From: an uncultured Gemmatimonas sp.
GTDB taxonomy: Bacteria; Gemmatimonadota; Gemmatimonadetes; Gemmatimonadales; Gemmatimonadaceae
Length of the DNA stretch: 64,000 nt
Direction of reading: 5' to 3'
NCBI GenBank assembly: GCA_964557615.1
Contig: CAZLAU010000001.1
Location: 403 to 64,402, forward strand
Each line of letters begins with the position of its first letter. Within the stretch, counting starts at the first letter, position 1. Shown here one piece after another: positions 45,245-55,106 of this stretch. The position numbers and the translations under genes were made by a program. The notes under the pieces are model-generated. The model made no database searches. It saw only the letters and a program-made list of their open reading frames with translations, and had not been told where the DNA came from.

Positions 45245-46135
45245 ATGATGGTTTCGGAGTGGGCGGGCACGATCGGCGCGATTGGCGTGCTGCTCGCCGT
45301 CTGGTGGCCGATTCGGCTGGCCATCGCGCTTCGCGCCGAGCGGCGATTCGATGAGCAGTATCGTCGGAACACCGACGGAGTCATCCTTGGCGCTGAGGCG
45401 ATCGAAGTACGGGGCGCGAGAGCCGGCGCCGTCTTGCTGCTGCACGGATTCAACGACTCGCCGCGCGCGGTCAGTTCCCTGGCGGGGGCGCTCCACGACT
45501 TTGGCTGGACGGTGCATGTGCCGTTGCTGCCAGGTCACGGGCGCACGCTGCAGGAGTTCTCGCGTTCGGGCGCGCGCCAGTGGATCGAAGCGGCCCGGGC
45601 GGAGTACCGCCGGCTACGGGCCGATCATGAAGCGGTGGCCGTTGGCGGAATGTCCATGGGGGGTGCGCTGGCCGTGGTGCTTGCCGCCGAGCAGCGCGAC
45701 GTGAAGGCCGTGTTCGCAATCGCGCCGTATCTCGCGACGAGCGTTCCGCTACGCATACTGCTGACGCTGTCACCGCTCGCCGAACTCGGCGCCAAGTACA
45801 TGTCGAGCGGTGGCGGGCGTTCCGTCCACGATGTGGACGCCGCGAGCAAGATGATTGCATACCGCATGGCGACACCGCGGCTCGTTCGCGAACTCGCGAA
45901 GGTTGCGTCGCGCGCGTTCGATGCGTTGCCGCACATCCACCAGCCTATCCTGATCATGCAGTCGGTCGAAGACAACAGGATTTCAGTGCGCAGCGCCAGG
46001 CGGGCGATCAAGCGACTTCGGTCGCGCGATGCGACCGTCGACTGGGTGAAGGGCGCTGGTCACGTCCTGACCGTCGATTTCGGATATGAACTGCGGCAGC
46101 AGCGCATTGTCGACTGGCTGGCCCAGCGGATGTGA
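45245..46135 (+). CDS. alpha/beta hydrolase (esterase/lysophospholipase-like) with N-terminal TM anchor
   Basis: LLLHGFNDSP and nucleophile elbow GMSMGG. ATG 45245 chosen. Confidence 0.8.
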   Translation: MMVSEWAGTIGAIGVLLAVWWPIRLAIALRAERRFDEQYRRNTDGVILGAEAIEVRGARAGAVLLLHGFNDSPRAVSSLAGALHDFGWTVHVPLLPGHGRTLQEFSRSGARQWIEAARAEYRRLRADHEAVAVGGMSMGGALAVVLAAEQRDVKAVFAIAPYLATSVPLRILLTLSPLAELGAKYMSSGGGRSVHDVDAASKMIAYRMATPRLVRELAKVASRAFDALPHIHQPILIMQSVEDNRISVRSARRAIKRLRSRDATVDWVKGAGHVLTVDFGYELRQQRIVDWLAQRM

Positions 46136-46180
46136 CATCGATCCGGTGCGCTGCAGATGGCCGATTGTGTATTCTTCACC

Positions 46181-46459
46181 ATGGCGACGATCACATGCGC
46201 ACGATGCGGAAAGCAAAAAGACGGGTTCGAGCGGGCCCCGTTTCCAGGCGCAGTCGGCGCGCGCGTGGTTGACTCGACGTGCCGCGACTGCTGGGCGGAC
46301 TGGCTCAAGCAACAGACCATGCTCATCAACCACTACGGCCTGAACGTCATGGACCCGCAGGCGCGGCAGTTTCTGACGCGGAACCTCGAGTCATTTCTGT
46401 TCAAGACCGGCGAAAGCGACGCCGTGGATACCTCGAAGCAGGGAACGATCAGCTACTAG
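46181..46459 (+). CDS. yggX: Fe(2+)-trafficking / oxidative-damage protection protein YggX-like
   Basis: CARCGK...PFPG..G.R....C..CW..W...QTMLINHYGLN matches the YggX pattern. The ORF is open from 46157. Confidence 0.8.
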   Translation: MATITCARCGKQKDGFERAPFPGAVGARVVDSTCRDCWADWLKQQTMLINHYGLNVMDPQARQFLTRNLESFLFKTGESDAVDTSKQGTISY

Positions 46460-46483
46460 GCACGCCAGCCGGCCTTGAGCACA

Positions 46484-46516
46484 GAACCCCGGCACCGCGC
46501 ATGCGGGCCGGGGTTC
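46484..46516. terminator. bidirectional hairpin terminator between yggX and csp
   Basis: GAACCCCGGC (46484-46493) pairs with GCCGGGGTTC (46507-46516), with additional inner CCGC/GCGG pairing. Confidence 0.7.
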
Positions 46517-46534
46517 TCGATTTGTCCGCGAGCC

Positions 46535-46744
46535 CTAAACGAGCTTCTTCACTTCCGACGCCTGTGGCCCCTTTTGTCCCTGGACAATCTCAAACTCGAC
46601 CTTGTCACCTTCGGCCAGGGACTTGAACCCTTCGGCGCTGATTGCGCTGAAATGGACAAACACGTCCGCGCCGCCGTCGCGCTGGATGAATCCGAAGCCC
46701 TTTGCATCGTTGAACCACTTCACCGTGCCATTGATCCGTGCCAT
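46535..46744 (-). CDS. cold-shock protein (CspA family)
   Basis: [16 protein letters not shown] and VFVHF. Confidence 0.95.
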   Translation of the reverse strand: MARINGTVKWFNDAKGFGFIQRDGGADVFVHFSAISAEGFKSLAEGDKVEFEIVQGQKGPQASEVKKLV

Positions 46745-46878
46745 GTACCGTAGTCCTCACGCGGGCGGTGGGGGGCCGACGGGGGCAACGTCGGTCCAAG
46801 ATCAGGGAAGCCTGACCTTCGTACCAGCGGACTTGGCGCTGGTTCCCGGCGATGAGGAACGGGGTGTAGCGAGCTGGG

Positions 46879-47088
46879 CTATGCCGCGCCCGCGATGTAC
46901 TTGGCGAACCGCCCGCAATTCGTGCACTTCAGTGTCACATGGCAACGCGGCGGCGGTGGCGTGTCGAGCGGATCTCGCTCGATGGACCCAGAGCAAGAGG
47001 GGCAAGAAAGCGGTGTGCCGTTGCGGTCATTCGCGATCAAGTTCAAGGCCTGTGCGGGGTTATACGAGGCCGGGCGTGGCTTGCGCAT
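46879..47088 (-). CDS. small hypothetical 4-Cys zinc-ribbon protein
   Basis: 69 aa with CPSC...CTNC. GC3-rich, coding-like codons. Same strand as csp and upstream of it. Confidence 0.4.
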   Translation of the reverse strand: MRKPRPASYNPAQALNLIANDRNGTPLSCPSCSGSIERDPLDTPPPPRCHVTLKCTNCGRFAKYIAGAA

Positions 47089-47290
47089 CAGAACTCCGAG
47101 GAAAGCATTCGAGGCACCGTCGAATTTCGTGGCACCAACACTCGGAAAAGATAATCGATTCAGGCCCGAATTCTAAGTCCTGAGACATCGGAAATTCTCA
47201 GTTGAGCGTGCGTGCAACCGTTGACTCACCATTAGGGTCAGGGTCGGATTCGTACCCTGTAAGCGATTGGACGATAACGCCTTACGGCTG

Positions 47291-48814
47291 TCAGGTCGAC
47301 AATACAGGAAGGCTGCGAATGCGTTCGCGCCACTCAGCCGGCCCAGTTTCGTGAACATTGCCACCCGCCGCGTCAACGGCGACCGTCACGGGCATGTCCG
47401 ACACGGTAAACTCGTAAATGGCCTCCATCCCAAGGTCTTCAAAAGCCACGCAACGCGACGCCCGAATCGCCTTGGATACCAGGTAGGCGGCCCCGCCAAC
47501 GGCCATGAGGTAGGCGGCCCTGTGCTTTCGGATCGCCTCAAGCCCCATAGGCCCTCGTTCAGCCTTTCCAATCATCGCGATGAGACCGGTTTTCTCGAGC
47601 ATCATTTCTGTGAACTTGTCCATCCGTGTTGCCGTGGTCGGGCCAGCCGGACCCACCACCTCATCTCCGACCGGGTCAACCGGGCCGACATAGTAGATGA
47701 CGCGGTTCGTGAAGTCGACGCCGGACGGAAGGCCGGCGCCGCTCGAGAAGAGGTCGGCGATGCGCTTATGGGCGGCATCACGGCCGGTGAGCAGCTTTCC
47801 GTTGAGCAACAAACGGTCGCCGGCCTTCCAGGTCGCCACTTCGGTGGCGTCGAGCGTGTCGAGGTTTATGCGGCGGGCGTTCCGGTCGGGTTGCCACGTT
47901 ACCGCGGGCCATTCGGCGATGCTCGGGGTAGGGAGCGAGGCCACGCCCGAGCCGTCGAGCGTAAAGTGGGCATGACGGGTGGCCGCGCAGTTCGGGATCA
48001 TGGCGATTGGCTTCGACGCTGCGTGCGTTGGATAGTCGAGGATCTTCACGTCGAGGACGGTGGATAGCCCTCCGAGCCCTTGAGCTCCGATGCCGAGCGC
48101 GTTGACCTTGTCGTGCAGTTCGATCCGCAATTCCTCGAGCTTTGTTCTGGGGCCACGCGCCTTGAGCTGCGTCATGTCGATGTGGTCCATCAATGATTCT
48201 TTGGCCAGGAGCATCGCCTTCTCGGCGCTTCCGCCAATGCCGATCCCAAGCATTCCCGGTGGGCACCAGCCGGCCCCCATCGCGGGAACGGTCTTGAGCA
48301 CCCAGTCGACAATCGAGTCGCTCGGATTCAGCATGGCGAATTTCGCCTTGTTCTCGGATCCGCCTCCCTTGGCGGCCAGGCGTACGTCAACCAGATCGCC
48401 GGGCACGACTTCCGTGTGGACGACAGCCGGGGTGTTGTCCCGCGTGTTCTTGCGTCCGAATGCCGGGTCGGCCACGATCGACGCTCGCAGCACGTTGTCG
48501 GGTTGCAGGTAGGCCCGACGCACCCCCTCATTGACCATGTCGGTGAGGGAAAGCGTTGCGTCCCAGCGCACGTTCATTCCAATCCGGAGGAAGACGACAA
48601 CAATGCCAGTGTCCTGGCAAATCGGTCGGTGTCCTTCGGCGCACATGCGCGAGTTGGTGAGGATCTGCGCGATCGCGTCCTTGGCCGCAGGAGACTGCTC
48701 CTTCTCGTGGGCGTCAGCGAGCGCACGGATGTAGTCCAGTGGATGGAAATACGAGATGTGCTGTAGTGCGTCCTGGACGGATTGAATGAAGTCGGCCTGC
48801 TTGATCACGGTCAT
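47291..48814 (-). CDS. class I (Fe-S) fumarate hydratase, fused alpha/beta form
   Basis: PICQDTGIVVVF cluster-binding motif, about 507 aa. ATG 48814 chosen. Confidence 0.9.
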   Translation of the reverse strand: MTVIKQADFIQSVQDALQHISYFHPLDYIRALADAHEKEQSPAAKDAIAQILTNSRMCAEGHRPICQDTGIVVVFLRIGMNVRWDATLSLTDMVNEGVRRAYLQPDNVLRASIVADPAFGRKNTRDNTPAVVHTEVVPGDLVDVRLAAKGGGSENKAKFAMLNPSDSIVDWVLKTVPAMGAGWCPPGMLGIGIGGSAEKAMLLAKESLMDHIDMTQLKARGPRTKLEELRIELHDKVNALGIGAQGLGGLSTVLDVKILDYPTHAASKPIAMIPNCAATRHAHFTLDGSGVASLPTPSIAEWPAVTWQPDRNARRINLDTLDATEVATWKAGDRLLLNGKLLTGRDAAHKRIADLFSSGAGLPSGVDFTNRVIYYVGPVDPVGDEVVGPAGPTTATRMDKFTEMMLEKTGLIAMIGKAERGPMGLEAIRKHRAAYLMAVGGAAYLVSKAIRASRCVAFEDLGMEAIYEFTVSDMPVTVAVDAAGGNVHETGPAEWRERIRSLPVLST

Positions 48815-48892
48815 GGCGGGTGTCCTCGGCTGCCTCAAATTAGCCGGTCGGCAGCGACTCCCGGCCAATGATCGGCTGGGAAGCGGCCTGCG

Positions 48893-50089
48893 TCACGGCG
48901 CACGGCCCAGGCGGCGGATGGACGCGATTCCAAGCGCCGGCCCGATGGCGAGCATCGCGAACACCCATGGCCATCCGAGCGAACGGACAACGATCGGCAC
49001 GGCCTGAATGGTCAGCGTGGTCAGGAGGAATCCAAGCGAAACCTGCAACGTGATGGCTGTGCCAACGGCATGGGAGGGGACACTTTCCGTGACCATCACA
49101 CTGAACTGTGCGCTATCGGCGATGATGAAGAACCCCCACACCAACGCCACCGGCGCGAGCAGCCAGAGCGATTGACCGAAGGCGAGTCCGACGCCCGCGC
49201 AACAGGCCGCACTGACGGATAGCGCCCGCAAGACGAGCTTTTCCCGGCCGATCCTGTCGGCAACGACTCCGCCCCAGATGCATCCGGCTCCACCGACGGC
49301 AATCACGGCGAACGAAAGCACTCGGACACTTGCCGGTGCCGAGGCGGTGAGTGCGTGCGGGTCGGAGAGCGCGCTGGCGGCGAGAAATGCCGGAATCCAG
49401 GTCCAGTAGGCATACAGTTCCGCCATATGGCCGAGGTAGCCGCCGGTGACGGTGCGCCACCGGCGCGTCGCGATCACATCGCGCACGAGCGTCCACGAGA
49501 ACGGCCGCGACGGAAACGCAAACGGCCCGTCGCGATAGCCGAGCATTACGATGGCCGCTGCGATCAGTGCGCTCCCGCTCGACAGTGCGGTGATGAGCGC
49601 AACTCCAGCGCCGGGCACGGCGGTGATGAGATACGGCACGGCCTTACCGATCGTCAGGGCACCGACGATCGTGCCGACGGCAAGTCCGCGGCGGTCGCGG
49701 AACCACGTGGCGGCCATCTTCATGGCCGGTGGGTAGACGCCGGCGAGGAAGGCTCCGGCGAGAAATCGCGAGGCAATGACCGGGCCAAGCGACGGCGCGA
49801 AGGCCAGGCCGGCATTGGCGATTGCGCCGGCCACGGCCGAACTCGCAAAGAGCCACCGGGCCGGGACGACGTCGGCGAGATTGAGCAGTGCGGACAGCGC
49901 GGTTCCCGCGACGAACCCAAGCTGGACGGTGGTCGTCAGCCAGGCGACCTCTGTGTCGCCGAGCGCGAGTTCAGCCTGCAATGCCGGCGCTGCTGCCGAT
50001 CCCGCGAACCACAGCGACATCCCCAGCAGCTCGGCGCAGGCCAGGAGCGCCAGCATTTGCCAGCGCTGCGGCACATCCGCATCGCGCAC
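48893..50089 (-). CDS. MFS transporter
   Basis: 398 aa with about 12 hydrophobic segments. Confidence 0.8.
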   Translation of the reverse strand: MRDADVPQRWQMLALLACAELLGMSLWFAGSAAAPALQAELALGDTEVAWLTTTVQLGFVAGTALSALLNLADVVPARWLFASSAVAGAIANAGLAFAPSLGPVIASRFLAGAFLAGVYPPAMKMAATWFRDRRGLAVGTIVGALTIGKAVPYLITAVPGAGVALITALSSGSALIAAAIVMLGYRDGPFAFPSRPFSWTLVRDVIATRRWRTVTGGYLGHMAELYAYWTWIPAFLAASALSDPHALTASAPASVRVLSFAVIAVGGAGCIWGGVVADRIGREKLVLRALSVSAACCAGVGLAFGQSLWLLAPVALVWGFFIIADSAQFSVMVTESVPSHAVGTAITLQVSLGFLLTTLTIQAVPIVVRSLGWPWVFAMLAIGPALGIASIRRLGRAP

Positions 50090-50133
50090 CGTCAGCTCAG
50101 GGGGCGCGAATGGCAGCGGCCGGTTTGCCGGGA

Positions 50134-51189
50134 TCAGGGACGCCAGTCGGCGATGAACAGATTCACATCGCGCTCACCCTTGGCGTACCGCCCCGCCCCC
50201 CAGATGAGCTTCGTTCCATCGGGACTGAACATCGGGAACCCGTCGAATCCGCCGTCAGTCGTGACCTGCGTGAGGCCCGTGCCGTCCAACCCGACGATAT
50301 AGAGGTCGAAGTTCGACCCACGCGGGTTCTTGTGGTTTGACGAGAAAATGATGCGCTTGCCGTCGGGCGTCCACGACGGGCCGAAGTTGGCGCCGCCGAG
50401 TCGCGTGATCTGGCGCTGGTCGCTCCCGTCAGCGTTCATCACCCAAAGCTCCATCTTGCTTGGCCGCACGATTCGCTGCGCGAGCAGATCCTGATAGTCC
50501 TTCAGCTCGGCCGGATCCGTCGGGTGGTAGGATCGGTAAACAATCTTTGTGCCATCAGGCGACCACCACGGTCCACCATCGTATCCCGTGGTGTATGTCA
50601 AGCGGCGGACGTCAGAGCCGTCCACGTTCATCGTGTAGATCTCGAGATCGCCGTCCTTGAGCGACGTAAAGACAATTCGCTTCCCATCGGGCGAGAGAAC
50701 GCCTTCCGCGGTATACACGCCGTAGTTGGTCACCCGTCGCAGATCTGTGCCGTCGGTGGCGACGGTATAGATGTCGAACGGATCGAGACCCCAGACGTAT
50801 CCCTTGGACGGGTCCGGCCGCGGCGGGCAAGCCGCGCTGACGGCGTGGGTGGAGCCGAAGAAGAGGCGATTGCCTCCCGGGAGGAACCAGCCGCACGTGG
50901 TCTTGCCGCCTGCCGGCGAAACCTGGCGCATCCCCGTGCCGTCGGGGCGCATGACAAACTGCCGGTCGCACGGGTGGTCGCCGCGCGTCGCCTGAAACGT
51001 GATCCACCGTCCATCTGCGCTGAAGTACGCTTCGGCCTGGGTTCCCTCGTCGGTGAGCTGACGAATGTTGGCCAGATGCGACTCGCCGGCGCCCGCAGCG
51101 CGCGGCACGGAAATCTGGGATTGTGCCGGAACGGCGACGCAGGCGCCCATCAGGGTCGCCGCTACGAGGTGGCGGGCGTGCGTGTTCAC
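50134..51189 (-). CDS. TolB-like beta-propeller protein (PD40 repeats)
   Basis: Repeated SPDG motifs (LSPDGKRIVFTS, WSPDGTKIVYRS, WTPDGKRIIFSS, FSPDGTKLIW) and a signal peptide. GTG start overlaps the S41 stop (GTGA). Confidence 0.8.
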   Translation of the reverse strand: MNTHARHLVAATLMGACVAVPAQSQISVPRAAGAGESHLANIRQLTDEGTQAEAYFSADGRWITFQATRGDHPCDRQFVMRPDGTGMRQVSPAGGKTTCGWFLPGGNRLFFGSTHAVSAACPPRPDPSKGYVWGLDPFDIYTVATDGTDLRRVTNYGVYTAEGVLSPDGKRIVFTSLKDGDLEIYTMNVDGSDVRRLTYTTGYDGGPWWSPDGTKIVYRSYHPTDPAELKDYQDLLAQRIVRPSKMELWVMNADGSDQRQITRLGGANFGPSWTPDGKRIIFSSNHKNPRGSNFDLYIVGLDGTGLTQVTTDGGFDGFPMFSPDGTKLIWGAGRYAKGERDVNLFIADWRP

Positions 51190-52793
51190 TCGTCGTGCTC
51201 CGGGTTTGCCCGCGGCGCGGCGGCTGCCGCGAGGGCGAGCAGGTCCTTGGTGCTCGACCCCCGCCGCAGGAGCTCGAGCGCCTTTCGCAGCTGGGCATCG
51301 TCCTTCACGAAGCGGCGCTTGGCCGTCGAGTCACCAAAGGCGAGCGTCGAAATGCGATTGTCGAGCATTCGATCGACGTACGCCTGGGCTGCGTCGAACT
51401 CGCGGCGGTCCACCTGCACTCCGCGCTTCACCAGCTGCTGGTAGAACCCATCCCGCATGGCGGGCGTGATCACGAAGTCGGGTTTCAGGCTCTTGCCGAT
51501 CTCAAACGAATAGTCGTAGAGAGCCAGATAGACGTCCTGCGATTTCGTCGCAAGCTGCCGGTCGAACTTCTGCTCGACGGTTGTCATCGTGTCGTGTGGA
51601 ACGATGATGTCGGGCGTGATCGCCCCTCCGCCGTACACCGTGCGGCCCCCGTCAGACTTGAACTTCGGGCGTGCCGCCCTCGCCGAATCGGATTCCAGCG
51701 AATCGGGATGCACCTCGATCAGCTGTCCGTCGTCATTCAGCTTGCGCTCGCGCTGAATGGACCGCCCGCTCGGCGTGTACCACTTGGCGGTCGTGAGCTT
51801 GATCGCATACCCGCCTTCCAGCCGGTACATCGACTGCACGAGCCCCTTGCCGAACGAGGTGGTGCCGAGGACAAGCGCCCGGTCGTGATCCTGGAGAGCG
51901 CCGGCGACGATCTCCGACGCTGATGCGCTACGGCCATCCGTGAGGATCACGAGCGGAATGGACGGCGCCACGGGGGCCTGCGTGGTGACATGGGTGATCG
52001 TCGGTTCGCCACGCTGCCTGATGCTGACGATTTCCTGTCCCTTTTCCAGGAACATGTTCGCGAGCGTGTCCGCCTGCTCAAGGAAGCCACCCGGATTGCC
52101 GCGGAGATCGAGGACCACGCCTTTCGCGCCTTCCTTCATCAGGCGCGAGAGGGCTTCCCGCACCTCCATTGATGTCGTCTCACTGAATCCCTGCAGGGGG
52201 ATGTACGCGATCTTGTTCTCGAGCATGATCGCATACGGTACCATCGGAATGCGGATGACTTCGCGCGTGAAGGTGACGCTGAACTGCTCAGCGACCCCCG
52301 GGCGCAGAAAACGGGCGCTGACCTGCGTTCCCGGTGGTCCCTTGAGGCGGGCCGACACCTGCTCGGTCTTCCAGTTGCGAATGCTCGTGGTGTCGACTGC
52401 GACGATCTTGTCGCCAACACGGATGCCGGCGCGTTCGGACGGTGAGTGGGGAAACACGCGCTCGACCGTGATGAGACCGTCCTGACTCACGATGGTCATG
52501 CCCACACCCGCGTAGAACCCGCCGGTGTTCTGGTTGAACATCTCCAGATCCTTTGGCGAGTACAGTTCCGCGTACGGATCCTTGAGTTCCGCGACGAGTC
52601 CGCGGGCCGCCTTCTCGTACAGGGCGCCGACGCTCACGGAGTCGACATACCTGTCGTTCACAATCATGAGCACCTGCTGAAACAGCCGAGTACCGGCTTG
52701 GGCTGAGCGCTCCTGAATCACGAAGCCGCCGACCGCGAGCGGAGTGATGATGGCGAGGCCGAGCACGGCCATTCTGGATCGGCGCGATTTCAC
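51186..52793 (-). CDS. S41-family C-terminal processing peptidase with PDZ domain
   Basis: PDZ GIRVGDKIVAVD, catalytic Ser block DGRSASASE, and Lys block TSFGKGLVQ. Confidence 0.88.
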   Translation of the reverse strand: MKSRRSRMAVLGLAIITPLAVGGFVIQERSAQAGTRLFQQVLMIVNDRYVDSVSVGALYEKAARGLVAELKDPYAELYSPKDLEMFNQNTGGFYAGVGMTIVSQDGLITVERVFPHSPSERAGIRVGDKIVAVDTTSIRNWKTEQVSARLKGPPGTQVSARFLRPGVAEQFSVTFTREVIRIPMVPYAIMLENKIAYIPLQGFSETTSMEVREALSRLMKEGAKGVVLDLRGNPGGFLEQADTLANMFLEKGQEIVSIRQRGEPTITHVTTQAPVAPSIPLVILTDGRSASASEIVAGALQDHDRALVLGTTSFGKGLVQSMYRLEGGYAIKLTTAKWYTPSGRSIQRERKLNDDGQLIEVHPDSLESDSARAARPKFKSDGGRTVYGGGAITPDIIVPHDTMTTVEQKFDRQLATKSQDVYLALYDYSFEIGKSLKPDFVITPAMRDGFYQQLVKRGVQVDRREFDAAQAYVDRMLDNRISTLAFGDSTAKRRFVKDDAQLRKALELLRRGSSTKDLLALAAAAAPRANPEHDE

Positions 52794-52934
52794 GAGGGGA
52801 CCCGGAGAAAGTCAGCTGGAATTGCGTGGTTCGGAGAATACCCGTTGAATACGCCTGGCGCAAAGCTTCCGTTCCATTTTTCGCTGCGGGATGCCGGCAC
52901 GGGAGCCCGTCGCAAGTTGCTGATTTTCAACAAC

Positions 52935-53846
52935 CTACGCCATTCCGGGTGGTCTTGGCCCGAGCGTGTAGTCGACGAACCAATTGCGTCCCTGCTGCGA
53001 GAATGCCGCGGACCGCAGGATTCCGGACGTCACGAGCATTTCGTGGGCCGGCTGCAACACGCGCTGCAGATGCGACGGGAACCGCTGGACCAGCGGCAAT
53101 TGCTCAGCCAGCCGGTCGAGCGACACACGCCAAGCCGACCCGGAATCGGGCCGGACGAGTTCGAGCAGCCGGTATATCCGCCGCGCGACCGGCGAGGACA
53201 GGGACACGTACCGGGCGGCCGAAATCGCAACGGTGTGGCCGGCGGCGAGGTTGGCGCGTATCGCCGACGCGATCGTCACGCGCGCATCGCCCGGCTCATT
53301 GTTGGTGAGCGTGGCGAACAGCGCCAGCTGATCGCGTTCTGCGAAACGCCGGCGGTCGATCTGCACGGACGACAACACGGAGAAGCTTCCGACGATTGCA
53401 GCGCCAGATGCCCGGTCGAAATACACGCGGTCGGATTCGAGCGTCGTGCGGAGAAGACGGGTCAGGGCCGACCGCAGCTGTTCGTAGGTGCGCCCGTCGA
53501 CACGCCGGCCCATTGAGCGCAGAAACGCATGCAGCGTGAAGCTCACGGCGCCATCGGCCGGGCTCCCCGCTTCGTGGAACCGCCTGAAGAGCTCGACGTA
53601 CACATCCTGATCGAACGTTCCTGGAAGCCGCTCGCCCGGCGCGGGGAGCACGCGCCACCGACCACCGTCGTCAGGGGAGTAGGCAATGGCGGCATCATCA
53701 GCGGAGTCGCTGAGGCGAAAGAGCGGAAAATGCTCGAGCGACCGGTCCAGCACGACAACCCGTGACGTGGCGCGACGTCGGGCGACGGCGGTCACGGGGC
53801 GAGCTCGATAACCTGCCCGGTAATGGAGCGCGCGGTGTCCGAGCAC
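52935..53846 (-). CDS. replication initiator protein A (RepA/RPA)-like protein
   Basis: LEHFPLFRLS...GTFDQDVYVELF...FTLHAFLRSMGRRVDGRTYEQLRSALTRLLRTTLES follows the plasmid RepA N-terminal pattern by eye. Start uncertain: 53846 overlaps the SDR by 55 nt, and GTG 53753 is the alternative. Confidence 0.5.
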   Translation of the reverse strand: MLGHRALHYRAGYRARPVTAVARRRATSRVVVLDRSLEHFPLFRLSDSADDAAIAYSPDDGGRWRVLPAPGERLPGTFDQDVYVELFRRFHEAGSPADGAVSFTLHAFLRSMGRRVDGRTYEQLRSALTRLLRTTLESDRVYFDRASGAAIVGSFSVLSSVQIDRRRFAERDQLALFATLTNNEPGDARVTIASAIRANLAAGHTVAISAARYVSLSSPVARRIYRLLELVRPDSGSAWRVSLDRLAEQLPLVQRFPSHLQRVLQPAHEMLVTSGILRSAAFSQQGRNWFVDYTLGPRPPGMA

Positions 53847-54532
53847 AGGAAGCAGATCGTCGCCGCAAGGTCGTCGGCCTCGACGTAGCGCGTGTCGGCT
53901 GGCATTGCCTCCAAGTTGGACGCCGTGCGGATGGCCGTTGGAGCGACGGCATTCGACCGCACGCCGTTGGCCCGTTCCTCCTGGGCGATCGCACGCATCA
54001 GCGTGATCACGGCGCTTTTCGCCATCGCATAGGCGGCGATATTCCGGACCCTCGCGCCGGGCAGCGCGGCGGCGCTGGTGACGAAGACCACCGCGCCACG
54101 CGAGTGGCGGAGGGCCGGGAGGAATGCCCGGGTTGCGTGGTATGCCGTGGCGGCATTGATCGTGAACTGGCGGCCGAGCAAGAGCGGATCGGCGTCGGCA
54201 ACCGGACCATCGAGGGCGAAGCCGCCCGCAACATTGACCAAGGCGTCAACGTCGCCGAATCGGCTGTGGACGTCGTCGGCCAATCCAGCCGTCGCGGCAT
54301 GGTCGCTGAGGTCGCAGGCAAATGCCGTGGCGTCGAGACCTGCGGCAGCCATCTCGGCGGCGCGTGCCGTGGATTCGGGAAGCGTTCGCGCCACGATGGC
54401 GACCCTGGCACCGCCGCGGGCGAAATAGCGGCTCAGCGCGTCACCAAACTGGCCCGGACGGCCGACTCCAGTAATGACCACCGAGCGCGCCTTTCCGGCG
54501 ATCGCGGATGTGGCGACGGTGGTCGGATTCAC
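53792..54532 (-). CDS. short-chain dehydrogenase/reductase
   Basis: ITGVGRPGQFG cofactor loop, NVAG, and catalytic YAMAK. GTG start overlaps the upstream stop (GTGA). Confidence 0.88.
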   Translation of the reverse strand: MNPTTVATSAIAGKARSVVITGVGRPGQFGDALSRYFARGGARVAIVARTLPESTARAAEMAAAGLDATAFACDLSDHAATAGLADDVHSRFGDVDALVNVAGGFALDGPVADADPLLLGRQFTINAATAYHATRAFLPALRHSRGAVVFVTSAAALPGARVRNIAAYAMAKSAVITLMRAIAQEERANGVRSNAVAPTAIRTASNLEAMPADTRYVEADDLAATICFLCSDTARSITGQVIELAP

Positions 54533-55077
54533 CGGACGTCTTCGCGCCCCAGTGCGGCGCGCACGGCTTCCCGGATTGCGACGAGCGACGAATCACGAGC
54601 GGCCGGGGAGTCGTCGCGCACGCTGACCTCGATTCCATCTGCAACGGCGATTCGACGCCAGCCGACCGGCTCGTCCGCGCCGCTAATGACACTGCGATCA
54701 GCTGCGTTCGAGAGCGCTGGTGCGAGTGACTGGGCGACGTGCTTTTCGAGTTGGTCCCCCGTCTGATCGCGCATTTCGCGGCGAATCGACTCAAGGGTCA
54801 TGCCTTCGCGCTGGCGAATCTTGACGGCGAGCAACTGGAGCAGGTGCCGGTAGTGGTAAGTCGCCGAGGTGCCCCGTCCTTCGGGGTGATCGACGAGCCC
54901 GGTCGCGACGTAGAACCGCACCGCGCGCGCGCTTGGCATGGCGCGCGCCGACGCGTTCGTTGGACGGATGCCGGCGGCGTCGACGAGCGCCGTTACATGC
55001 GCCGCGAGCCCACGCGCATTCCACGGGGCGTGCCGCGCGTGTGCGCGGAGCAGGGCGACGAACGGTTCGGGCGCCAT
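54529..55077 (-). CDS. MerR-like HTH protein
   Basis: RAVRFYVATGLVDHPEGRGTSATYHYRHLLQLLAVKIRQREGMTLESIR follows the MerR pattern (lRyYe..GLl.P.r...g.R.Y...l..l..I). Confidence 0.6.
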   Translation of the reverse strand: MAPEPFVALLRAHARHAPWNARGLAAHVTALVDAAGIRPTNASARAMPSARAVRFYVATGLVDHPEGRGTSATYHYRHLLQLLAVKIRQREGMTLESIRREMRDQTGDQLEKHVAQSLAPALSNAADRSVISGADEPVGWRRIAVADGIEVSVRDDSPAARDSSLVAIREAVRAALGREDVR

Positions 55078-55106
55078 GATGTCGGTGCGGACGTACTGTC
55101 CGCGAC

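Noticed and set aside
47089-47290. Possible tRNA or other structured RNA gene in the fumarase-csp spacer
   Set aside because: Hairpins are present, but there is no cloverleaf arrangement and no T-loop GGTTCGAATCC-like box. This is better explained as terminator plus promoter region.
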